A stretch of 64,000 nucleotides of DNA, taken from contig OZ245006.1 of the NCBI GenBank assembly GCA_965223545.1, forward strand, positions 1,408,001 to 1,472,000, read 5' to 3'. Below the pieces are notes generated by a model. It was not told the DNA's origin and ran no database searches. It saw only the letters and a program-made list of their open reading frames with translations. Origin of the DNA: Planctomycetota bacterium. GTDB taxonomy: Bacteria > Planctomycetota > UBA1135 > UBA2386. A program made the position numbers and the translations under genes. Each line of letters starts with the position of its first letter. Within the stretch, counting starts at the first letter, position 1. This document shows positions 49,284 through 57,833 of this stretch, in pieces.

Positions 49284-50849
49284 TCAGCGCCCACCGGCGG
49301 CCGCGGCGTCAGCGTCGCCGTCGGTCTCGCCCTCGCTCTCTTCCTTCTGCAACAACGGGTGCGCTGCCAAGAACGCGCGCCGCTCGGCGAAGAACCTCTT
49401 CAGCCCCGGGCGACGCTCGTCGCCCTGGTCGAGGGCGGCGACGAACGCGTCGTAGCCATACAGCGACTTGTCGTCCTGCTGCACGAACGGCTCGATCTGC
49501 TCACGCCAGGAGTCGATCAAGGCGCCGACCTTCTCCCAGTCCAGCCACTCGTCGACCAAGGCCCGGCAGTGTTCCAAGTACCGGGCGCGCCAGGCAGGCA
49601 CCGACAGCAGAGCACGACAGAGGGCCGCGCGTGGCTCGTCGGCGCGCGCCAGCGGATCGAGCTCCAGGGAGGGTTCCCTGCGCCCATCGCGTTCGCGGCC
49701 GAAGCCGCCGGGCCCGCCGCCGTAGCTGAACGCCTCGTTGTTGTCGCGGAACAGCGGATGGAAGCGGCCGCGACCATCCATGAACAACGCGTAGTCGCTG
49801 CCGCGGTAGTGGTAGCCGTCGCCGTCCATCAACACGTTGTCGAGCGCCAGGAACCAAAGGGTGTGGTCGACGTCGAGCACTTTGGGCAGCTCCTGCTCCA
49901 ACAAGTCGGGGAAGTCGATGCTGAGCGCCGCGCACAGCTCGATCAGCCCCCGCCACGCCGCCTTCTTCGAGGGCGCCGAACGCAGCTCGTAGACCGAGCG
50001 GTAGGCATCCGGGTCCGACCCGCGGTAGGCCAGCGCCGCCTCGCCGGAGAAGTTGGGCCGCACCTTCCAACGACCGGCGCCGGTCTCGCCGAACGCCTCG
50101 CGCAAGAAGTCCCGGTTGATCTGCTGCTCGTTGATGTAGAGCCCCCAGCTCTCGCCGTTGATCACCAGGTGGACGAAGCACGACTTCGGCGCCTTCACGA
50201 AGCGGCCGGCGATGTGCGCGAACAAGACCGAGCGGAGAAACGACGGATCCGCGTGCGCACTGAGCAGGTTGAGCGAGCGATACCCCTTGACGCGCTGGTC
50301 GTCGTGCGCCCAATCGACGGCGATGCCGAGCGACTTCTTGGGCCGGTCCATCACCGTGAAGAACGACGAGCTGCCCCGATAGTGCACGCCGACATCGCGG
50401 TGGTAGACGCCGTCGATCACCAGCGTCGCCGGCAGCTGGATGCCGGTGCGCCAGAAGAGCTTCATCTGCTCGTCCCAATCCGGTGCCTCGAACTCGAGGA
50501 AGATCGTCTGGATCACCTCGCTGTCGTAGAGCCCGCGATCGGGGTACTGCTCGACAGTGTGCTCGTCGACTTGGCGCGGCTCGAGATCGTGCTCCGGCGG
50601 CGGCGAGGAGCGCCGGGTACGCGGCGGGTCCTTGGCGCGTTCGGCGCGGATCCACGCCAACGCGACGTGGCGCTCGGTGTCGTCGAGGCGGCCGTTGTTG
50701 TCGCCATCGAAGCGCTCGACCAGCCGCGTCGCGTACACCGGCGTCCTGCGCTGGGCGACGAGGTCGACGGCGAGAAGCAGAACCGCGCCCGAGAGCGCCC
50801 AGCGGTGACAGGATCGGAGCACGAGGAAGTCCAGGGCCAGGGCCATCAT
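49284..50849 (-). CDS. CotH-family atypical kinase with an N-terminal EF-hand-like loop
   Basis: VGVHYRGSSS, KKSL, LNL, DPSFLR, VINGESWGLYINEQQ, DGY...SDYALF, DNNEAF; DGDNNGRLDDTE is EF-hand-like. Start is uncertain. Confidence 0.85.
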   Translation of the reverse strand: MMALALDFLVLRSCHRWALSGAVLLLAVDLVAQRRTPVYATRLVERFDGDNNGRLDDTERHVALAWIRAERAKDPPRTRRSSPPPEHDLEPRQVDEHTVEQYPDRGLYDSEVIQTIFLEFEAPDWDEQMKLFWRTGIQLPATLVIDGVYHRDVGVHYRGSSSFFTVMDRPKKSLGIAVDWAHDDQRVKGYRSLNLLSAHADPSFLRSVLFAHIAGRFVKAPKSCFVHLVINGESWGLYINEQQINRDFLREAFGETGAGRWKVRPNFSGEAALAYRGSDPDAYRSVYELRSAPSKKAAWRGLIELCAALSIDFPDLLEQELPKVLDVDHTLWFLALDNVLMDGDGYHYRGSDYALFMDGRGRFHPLFRDNNEAFSYGGGPGGFGRERDGRREPSLELDPLARADEPRAALCRALLSVPAWRARYLEHCRALVDEWLDWEKVGALIDSWREQIEPFVQQDDKSLYGYDAFVAALDQGDERRPGLKRFFAERRAFLAAHPLLQKEESEGETDGDADAAAAGGR

Positions 50850-50946
50850 CCGGCCCGATCGTAGCGCGACTCCGGGTTCAGACCCGTCCTTCTCGCCCTC
50901 GGAGCGCAAAGCGCCGTGGCGACCGCGCCGGGCGGCGCGATGGGGA

Positions 50947-51879
50947 TCAGCCCCGCGGGCGCAGGACGGGGAAATCCTGCACTGCCGAGTAGATCGCCGG
51001 CACGTAGCCGACGAGCTCGACCGATTCTGCCCATGCATCGCGCACGTGCGTGTCATCGAAGAAGGTCTGGCCGTACCGCTCCGCGACTGCGCCGAGCTTG
51101 GCGACTCGCGCAGGCTCGCTGGCGAAGTGAGCGCAGTGATCCATCGGGAACCGCCGCAGCGCACGCCGCGCGTCTTCCTGGCCGACTCCGGTCGCGCGAC
51201 TCCGCCCAGCGTCGCTGGCGATCGAGAACAGCGCGAACGGACCGAACGCGGTGATCATCAGCAAGCCGTCCGGCCGGCACACGCGCGCCAGCTCTCCGAT
51301 CCACCGCACGCCATCGTCGGGGTGCAGGTGCGAGAACACGGAAAGCGCGACGACCAGATCGACCGAGTCACTGTCGAGCTGCACCGGTGGAGAAGCACCG
51401 TTGACGAAGAACTGCGCATCGATGTGCGCGTCCGCCCACTCGATGCTGTCCGATCGGACATCGCACGCGCGCAGGCTCGCCCGGGGCAGAGCTGCGCGCA
51501 ACCACCGCGTCACTCGGCCCGGCCCACAGCCGAAATCGAGCACGTCGCGCACTCGTGACCACGACCCGCCGGCATGCAAATCCCACAGCGCTGGCACGGT
51601 CTCGAGGTGCTGGATGCCCAGCCAGAGGTGCTGCTGCGGCGTGTCGCCGCCACCGATGTTGCGCAGCAGTGCATCGGGGGGCGCCGGTGGGAAGAAGCCA
51701 CCGAGCCGATCGGGGTACTCGATGCCGCCGTTGGCCGCAGCCCAGCGCAGCAGCCCGGGGTCATCGGTGCCCGTGTAGTGGTCGCGAAGGTCTGCTCGCT
51801 CCCGGAAGATGGCAGCCAGGACCGCGCGGTACTCAGGGGCGGCCGGAAGAAGCCAGCCGGGTGCGTATGGCGCGTCCAT
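50947..51879 (-). CDS. Class I SAM-dependent methyltransferase
   Basis: VLDFGCGPGRV, CDV, DLVVALSVFSHL, ELARVCRPDG. Confidence 0.88.
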   Translation of the reverse strand: MDAPYAPGWLLPAAPEYRAVLAAIFRERADLRDHYTGTDDPGLLRWAAANGGIEYPDRLGGFFPPAPPDALLRNIGGGDTPQQHLWLGIQHLETVPALWDLHAGGSWSRVRDVLDFGCGPGRVTRWLRAALPRASLRACDVRSDSIEWADAHIDAQFFVNGASPPVQLDSDSVDLVVALSVFSHLHPDDGVRWIGELARVCRPDGLLMITAFGPFALFSIASDAGRSRATGVGQEDARRALRRFPMDHCAHFASEPARVAKLGAVAERYGQTFFDDTHVRDAWAESVELVGYVPAIYSAVQDFPVLRPRG

Positions 51880-52050
51880 GCACGCCCAGGATGTCGCGGA
51901 CTCTCGCGCGGGCCCACCCCCTGTGCACTACGGATGCGACAAGCGGCACCGGCGCGGCGGCGCGAAGCGAGAGAATCGAGCCTGACACCGTACGTAGCGC
52001 TGCCCGGCCGGGGCCGGGCAGCGCTGCGCGTCGAAGGGAGATGGCGCGGC

Positions 52051-53127
52051 TCAGTCGTCGATGGCGGCAGCCACCAGGCAGCCGCGGGCGACCGAGGTCA
52101 GGGCCTCCTCAGCGCGGAACACCCGACCGATCGGGATCGGGAAGTCGATCTTGGCGAACTCGTCGCGGAACACCTCGATGAAGCCGCCGATCATGCTGGT
52201 GCCACCGGCGCAGGCGATGTCGACCGGCTCGTTGAACGACGGCATGTTCTCGCCGCTCTCGAAACGGTGCTTGATGTTCTGCAGCAGGTAGCTGATCAGG
52301 TTGCGGTAGTAGATCGAGATGGCCTCTTCTTCGCGGTTCTTCGGATCGCGAATGTCGCCGGCCCGTTCCTTCAGCAGAGTCGCCTTCGACTGGCGAATGC
52401 CGAGCACGTTGGCGACGTTCTTGTCGATCCAGTCGCCGCCGCGCGCCACCGAGAACGACAGGCACGGGATCGACTTGTAGCAGACGCAGGCGTTGGCCAT
52501 GCCACCGCCGAACGACAGGCCGATGCCGGTGAAGTCGCTGTCGGCGAGCTCGGAGAACACCACCGCGTGGGCCTCGTTGATGGCCTTGCCGGTGTAGCCC
52601 ATCTTGCCGAGCATGCTCTCGAACAGGCCCTGGTGGTAGACCACGTTGTTGTCGACGTCGAGCGACTCGGCAGGCACCGAGAAGTAGCAGTTCTCACCCG
52701 GCTTCACGGGCTCACCGAGCACCTTCTGGATGATCAGCTTGATCATCGGCATCGCGTCGACCTCGTTGGGGCTGATCAGCCCGTCGGACATCGGTCGCCG
52801 GGTCTCCTTGCCGAAGACGTTGGCCAGCTCGAACGCCGCCTCGCCGATCACGACGAGCTTGCCGTTGTGCACGACGTAGGGCACCTTGAGCTTGGTCAGC
52901 ATGTTCTTGGAGTAGACATCGCTCTGGATGTCCAAGAACGCGTTGCGCTCGACGGCGACGGTCACGCCACCGCTCTGGTCCTGCATCGCCGCCGCCAGGT
53001 TGGCGGTGCCGATGTCCAGGCCCTTACCGAGCGCGACATCCGCCGAGCTCTCGACTGCGGCGCCACCGACGGCGCCCGGATCGTCCCAGTTCTGGTTTTG
53101 GTCGTCGTTGTGCATGTTGTCGCTCAT
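52051..53127 (-). CDS. Actin-fold ATPase, volactin-like
   Basis: Phosphate-1 GLDIGTAN, connect-1 AINEAHAV, phosphate-2 GLSFGGGM, RGGDWID, adenosine AGGTSMIGGF, connect-2 SVARGCL. Confidence 0.88.
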   Translation of the reverse strand: MSDNMHNDDQNQNWDDPGAVGGAAVESSADVALGKGLDIGTANLAAAMQDQSGGVTVAVERNAFLDIQSDVYSKNMLTKLKVPYVVHNGKLVVIGEAAFELANVFGKETRRPMSDGLISPNEVDAMPMIKLIIQKVLGEPVKPGENCYFSVPAESLDVDNNVVYHQGLFESMLGKMGYTGKAINEAHAVVFSELADSDFTGIGLSFGGGMANACVCYKSIPCLSFSVARGGDWIDKNVANVLGIRQSKATLLKERAGDIRDPKNREEEAISIYYRNLISYLLQNIKHRFESGENMPSFNEPVDIACAGGTSMIGGFIEVFRDEFAKIDFPIPIGRVFRAEEALTSVARGCLVAAAIDD

Positions 53128-53153
53128 GACTGCTTGCAGCTGATCTCGCTCGA

Positions 53154-54797
53154 TCAGCCTCCTCCCTTCAGTTTCTTCAAGCGCGCCAGGTTGGCAGCGA
53201 TGCCCCCACCGGTCTTCTTCTTGACCTGGACGTCGTCCATGTTGGACTCCAAGTTCTCATCTTGTCCGTGGGCAAACAGGCCGTCGAAGCTGACGTCGCC
53301 GGCCTCCACGGCGCTGCTGATGCCCATCTTGCGGCCGAACTTCTCCAGCCGGTCGTTGATCGAACCGGCCAGCTTGTTCAGCGCTTCGCTGATCTCGGGG
53401 TCGGCGCCACCACCGCCTCCACCACCGCTCGCCGCGGCGGGGGCTGAAGCCGGCCCCGTGCCGGTCATCATCTTCGCCTTGAGCTCCGCCACCTCGGTCA
53501 TCAGCTTCATGACGAGTTCCGGGTTGACGTCGGGGCTGCTCAGCGCGGCGGCGAGCATCTGCTGCTCGGGCGAAGCCGCAACCGGGTCGACGGCGGGCGC
53601 GGCCGGGGCCTGCGGTGACACCGGCGCAGCGGGCGCAGGCGGCGCAGCAGGCGCTGCCGGCACAGCGGACGGCTCCTGCGCCGAGGGTTGCGCCAACGGC
53701 GTGGGTTGCGGAGCGGCGGTCGGCGCCACTGGGGCAGACGCCGCAGCGGTGGGCGGTGCCGACGCAGCCGGCGCAGGATCGGCCATCCGCATCGGCTCGT
53801 GGATCGGGCCCGACGACTCCGGCATCGGCTGCACGTTGTGCACCTTGTGGGTCGCCTGCAGCGCGGTGAACTTGGACAGATGGCTCTCCAGATCCGCGAG
53901 CTGATCGCGGAACACGTCGTTGCGAGATTGGGCGCGGGCCAGCTCGGCACGCGCGGTCTCGAGGTCTCGCGCGGCGCGGTCGCGGTCTTCGCAGGCCTGG
54001 CGGAACTCCTCCGCCATGCCCTCGCTGCCCGCCGTGGCCGGCGAGGCCTGCGCCTTGGCCAACGCGGCCTGCGCCCGCTCCAGCTCGGCGCGGGCGGCCT
54101 GCAGCTCGCCGCGCAGCTGCTCGACCTCGCGCTGCAGAGCGTCCCGCTCGGCCGCGACCTTGTCGAGCCCAACCCGCAACGACGCGGCATCACCGCCCGC
54201 CGCATCCAGCTTCTCAGCCATCGCGTCTCGCTCCTGCTGGGCCTGCTGCTGCGCCGACCGCGCGGCCTGCAGAGCCTTCTCGAGCTCCCCGGTCGCGTCG
54301 CTCCGGTCGGCTTCGCGCAGCTTTGAGGCAAAACCGTCGCGCTCGGTGCGCAACTGATCGAGCTCGCCGCGGAGTTGCTCGAGCTCGACTTGCAACTCGA
54401 CGACCTGGGTCTCGAACACATCGCCAGGCCGGCCGAGCTCATCGCCAAGAGAACCGCTGTCGCGCAGGCTCTGTAGCTCGCCGGTGAGTTGCTCGCACTG
54501 TTGGCGCAGCGCGACGATCTCCTCCTCCGCACGCTGCGCGTCGGCGGCCTCGTCCTGGCGCTCCTTGACCAGGTGCTTGAACTCCTGCTGGCTGCGCGCG
54601 ACCAGGAGATCGACCTCCTCGCGCGACATCAGGCCGGAGCCCTCGATGGCCTTCTGCACGGCTTCTTGCAGCATCGCCGCGATGTGCTCCGCACGGATCA
54701 CCTTGACCAACCGACGCCCCTGGCTCTTGAGGTCGTCCAGGGTCGTGGTGCGCGACCTGGCAGCAAGTGCCTGCTTGACGTCGACGATCGAATCCAT
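53154..54797 (-). CDS. Long coiled-coil protein with a Pro/Ala linker and basic C-terminal tail
   Basis: ATG at 54797 preceded by AGGAGG. Roughly 290 aa of E/Q/R/L/A heptads. The stop lies 26 bp before the actin-like gene. Confidence 0.8.
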   Translation of the reverse strand: MDSIVDVKQALAARSRTTTLDDLKSQGRRLVKVIRAEHIAAMLQEAVQKAIEGSGLMSREEVDLLVARSQQEFKHLVKERQDEAADAQRAEEEIVALRQQCEQLTGELQSLRDSGSLGDELGRPGDVFETQVVELQVELEQLRGELDQLRTERDGFASKLREADRSDATGELEKALQAARSAQQQAQQERDAMAEKLDAAGGDAASLRVGLDKVAAERDALQREVEQLRGELQAARAELERAQAALAKAQASPATAGSEGMAEEFRQACEDRDRAARDLETARAELARAQSRNDVFRDQLADLESHLSKFTALQATHKVHNVQPMPESSGPIHEPMRMADPAPAASAPPTAAASAPVAPTAAPQPTPLAQPSAQEPSAVPAAPAAPPAPAAPVSPQAPAAPAVDPVAASPEQQMLAAALSSPDVNPELVMKLMTEVAELKAKMMTGTGPASAPAAASGGGGGGGADPEISEALNKLAGSINDRLEKFGRKMGISSAVEAGDVSFDGLFAHGQDENLESNMDDVQVKKKTGGGIAANLARLKKLKGGG

Positions 54798-55060
54798 GCG
54801 CCTCCTGCCCTTTGCGGGCCCGGAAAAGACGCAAGCTTTGTCGACCCAGCGCCCCCGCCGACTTGAGCCACAGCGGGACGGGAGTTCCCGGGTCGAGGTC
54901 GACGGATGAGACGGCTCATCCCCGCGGCATTCCCGCGGCCGCGGGAAGCCACGCGAAACGGACCACAACGCCGCGGAATCCGACACACCGGCAGCCGGAC
55001 GGTCGCCGGCCAGTCGCGGTCGTCCTTTCAGATCGACCGGGTCTGCCGGTCAAGGATGTT
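54798..55060 (-). promoter_or_regulatory. Long structured upstream region of the coiled-coil/actin operon
   Basis: TTGACC on the minus strand (55048-55053) overlaps the GACCGG/CCGGTC inverted repeat; hairpin 54904-54921; 18-bp palindrome 54930-54947. Confidence 0.4.
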
Positions 55061-55132
55061 CGCCCCCAGATGAGGCACTGTCTCTCCGGGACTCGGCTCC
55101 GGACGCCCGTGTAACCTCTCGGCCCCGGACGC

Positions 55133-55573
55133 TCAGAAGGGGATGTCGCCGAAATCGACCTGGTCGCCGCCGCCTGCTTGAGCACCCCCGCCGGAGGCCG
55201 CACGACCGCCGCCGCCGCCGCTACCGCCTTCGCGCGACTCACCGCTGCGGCCACCGACGAACTGGAAGTTCTCGATGATCACTTCGAGCTTGCTGCGCTT
55301 GCCTCCGTCTTGGCTCTCCCAGGTCGAGTACTCGAGCCGCCCTTCGACGAACAGAGGGCTGCCCTTGCCGATGTACTGGTTGAGCACTTCGGCCTGCCGC
55401 CCGAACGCGGTCAGATCGACGAAACAGGTGTTTTCCTTGGTCTCGCCGTTGGTGGTGTACTTGCGGTTGACGGCCATTCCGAGCTTGGCAACGGCGGTGC
55501 CTCCCTGCGTGTACCGCACCTCGACGTCGCGGGTGAGGTTGCCCATCAGGATGACCTTGTTGAAATTCGCCAT
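55133..55573 (-). CDS. ssb: Single-stranded DNA-binding protein
   Basis: NKVILMGNLTRD, KGSPLFVEGRL, Gly-rich tail ending DIPF. Confidence 0.97.
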   Translation of the reverse strand: MANFNKVILMGNLTRDVEVRYTQGGTAVAKLGMAVNRKYTTNGETKENTCFVDLTAFGRQAEVLNQYIGKGSPLFVEGRLEYSTWESQDGGKRSKLEVIIENFQFVGGRSGESREGGSGGGGGRAASGGGAQAGGGDQVDFGDIPF

Positions 55574-55715
55574 GCTTCGCTCCGCTCTCGTTGCCGTCCT
55601 GAGTTGAAGTTCGTTCGCCTTGAATGGGCGATCGTAGCCCCGCCCCCACAGTCTTTGTATCCTGGCCGGCGCTTTCTCAGATGACCGGGCGGTCCACCAC
55701 GAGCAGGGAGGCTCG

Positions 55716-56063
55716 ATGACGACGAACAACGAACGGCGCGGCGCCCCGCGCGCCGCCGCGCAGCTGCCGCTGCGGCTGTCCCCCGATGCAGAGGCGCAGC
55801 CGGCAACTCTCAAGGATCTTTCCACATCCGGTCTGTGTTGCCGCTACGGCGAGCCCGTCACCGAGATGACCCTGATGGGGATCCAGCTCGAGCTGCCGGG
55901 ACAAGAACAAGCGCACGCCCTGCGCGGCGTCGTCGTGCGCTGCGAGAAGCTGCGCGGCGTCAACCCGCCGACCTACGAGATCGCGATCTACTTCACCGAG
56001 GTGCCGGCGGCGACGCGACAGGCGATCGGCGCGTTCGTCGAGGCCCAGCTGGAAGCCGTCTGA
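55716..56063 (+). CDS. Stand-alone PilZ domain protein
   Basis: RRGAPR (RxxxR) and DLSTSG (DxSxxG); GGAGG ribosome site upstream. Confidence 0.88.
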   Translation: MTTNNERRGAPRAAAQLPLRLSPDAEAQPATLKDLSTSGLCCRYGEPVTEMTLMGIQLELPGQEQAHALRGVVVRCEKLRGVNPPTYEIAIYFTEVPAATRQAIGAFVEAQLEAV

Positions 56064-56095
56064 GGCCAACCTCGGGCCGTCTCAGAACAGCGGCC

Positions 56096-56941
56096 TCAGG
56101 ACCGCCGTCGCGCGGACAGGTACCGCGGCAGGCCAGCGGCGTCGTATTCGAGAGTGGCATCGGTCAGAAACGGCGCCGCGCGCAGGAGCGCGAGGGCCGG
56201 CTCCGCGGCGCCGACGCCGGTCTCCAACCACAGCCAGCCGCCCGGCCGCAGCGCGTGCTCGGCCCCGGCGATCAGGGCGGCGTAGGCGGACGCCGGTTCG
56301 CCGGGCCGCGTATAGAGGGCGACCGCCGGCTCGTGCGCCGCGACCTCGGGCGCCAGCAAATCGGTGCGCTCGGGGTCGACGTACGGCGGATTGCTGATCA
56401 GGGCGTCGAAGGGTCCATGCGGGGTGAGGGGTTGCCAGTCGGCGCCCTCGTAGAGACGCACGCGGTCGGCGAGCCGGTGGCGCTCCACATTGCGGCGCGC
56501 CACTGCCAGCGCCGCGGCGCTGACGTCACTGGCGGCGACGGTCACGTCGTCCCGCTCGCTCGCCAACGCCACCGCGATCGCCCCGCTGCCGGTGCCGATC
56601 TCGGCGCAGTGCGCCGAGCCCGGTAGCCCCGCCACCGCGCGTTCGACCAAACCCTCGGTCTCGGGCCGCGGCACCAGCACCGCCTCGTCGACGTACAGGG
56701 TCAGGTCGCGAAAGTCCCACTCGCCGAGCAGGTAGGCGAGCGGCACGCCCGTCGCGCGCCGCGCGACCAGGGGCCGCAACGCTGCGCGCTCGGCCTCCGC
56801 CAGCGGGCGATCGTGGGCCAGGTAGAGCTGCAGCCGCGGCAGCCCCAGCACCGCGCCGAGCAGCAGCTCGGCGCTGTAGCGCGGGGCGTCGACGCGGCGC
56901 CCGGCGAGGTAGCCCTCGGCGGCGCGCAGCACGCCCAGCAC
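56096..56941 (-). CDS. prmC: Release factor glutamine methyltransferase
   Basis: PLAYLLG, VLVPRPETE, EIGTGSGAIA, SNPPY, HEP..AL. The true start may lie a few codons upstream. Confidence 0.93.
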   Translation of the reverse strand: MLGVLRAAEGYLAGRRVDAPRYSAELLLGAVLGLPRLQLYLAHDRPLAEAERAALRPLVARRATGVPLAYLLGEWDFRDLTLYVDEAVLVPRPETEGLVERAVAGLPGSAHCAEIGTGSGAIAVALASERDDVTVAASDVSAAALAVARRNVERHRLADRVRLYEGADWQPLTPHGPFDALISNPPYVDPERTDLLAPEVAAHEPAVALYTRPGEPASAYAALIAGAEHALRPGGWLWLETGVGAAEPALALLRAAPFLTDATLEYDAAGLPRYLSARRRS

Positions 56942-56970
56942 GGTGTCGGGGCGGGCGCTCTCGGTCTCGC

Positions 56971-57657
56971 TCAGCGGCGGCGACCGCTGCTGCGCGCGGC
57001 CTTGTCTTGCTTGATCTTCTTGGCGCCACCGACGATGCCGAGCACGAAGTAGAGCTCGACCAGGAACGCGCCGAAGAACACGAACAGCTTGCCCGGGCCG
57101 AAGTAGCGCAGGAAGTTGCCGATCTTGACGAACCGGTCCGGGTCCTCGCGATCCACGAGGGTGCTGAACAGATCACCCCAATCGGTCACCAACTTGCCGC
57201 CCTCGGCGGCGAACGCGGCAACCGCCGGCTCGTCCCAAGCACTCACCAGCTTGAAGATGCCCCAGACGAACGGCAGGAACGCGAGGCCGATGAACTTCAT
57301 CGTCGGCGGCCGGCCGTGGCTGATGGCGCCCCAGGCCGTCCAGATCAAGCCACCGCCGATGATGAAGAACAACCCACCGCTGAACGTCTTGTAGCCGGCC
57401 ATCTCCCACTGCGGCCCGAACGGCATCAGGCAGCCCATGGCGATGAGCACGCCGGCGAACAGGAAGCGGTACCACTCCTTGGACGCAGTGCGGCTGTAGA
57501 ACGGCGCCGGCAGGCCCGAGGACATCACCACGTGCTGCGGGCCGCTGGCGCGGGGGGCGGCTTCGGCCAGCGCCTGGCCGGCGTCGGCCGGCGCGGGCGC
57601 GAGTTCCTCCAGCGGCTCCAGCTCTTCCAGCTCGGGCACGTTGCTCGATTCGGTCAT
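56971..57657 (-). CDS. Hypothetical membrane protein (about four transmembrane helices)
   Basis: Strong host codon bias, acidic N-terminus, hydrophobic segments, basic C-terminus. Confidence 0.75.
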   Translation of the reverse strand: MTESSNVPELEELEPLEELAPAPADAGQALAEAAPRASGPQHVVMSSGLPAPFYSRTASKEWYRFLFAGVLIAMGCLMPFGPQWEMAGYKTFSGGLFFIIGGGLIWTAWGAISHGRPPTMKFIGLAFLPFVWGIFKLVSAWDEPAVAAFAAEGGKLVTDWGDLFSTLVDREDPDRFVKIGNFLRYFGPGKLFVFFGAFLVELYFVLGIVGGAKKIKQDKAARSSGRRR

Positions 57658-57833
57658 CGTTCTTCTTTTCTCCAATGGGACGAGGGGGGACAAGAGAATG
57701 GGCGGGTCGGCGGCGACGGCACGGGCAACGCCAACGACGCAGAGTGTGCCGCGGTTGGGCCCGATCCGGGCGTTCTTTGCCGCCAAAAATGCGCCGGCCC
57801 CCGCCGGGCTGAGGCCCGGGCGCAGCGCCGCGG

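Noticed and set aside
52051..53127. Calling the actin-like gene mreB, ftsA, parM or mamK
   Set aside because: It lacks MreB signatures such as EPSVVA and DIGGGT, and lacks mreCD, dcw, parR or mam context.
55716..56063. PilZ protein as a c-di-GMP regulator of the actin module
   Set aside because: It is on the opposite strand and separated by ssb; proximity is the only evidence.
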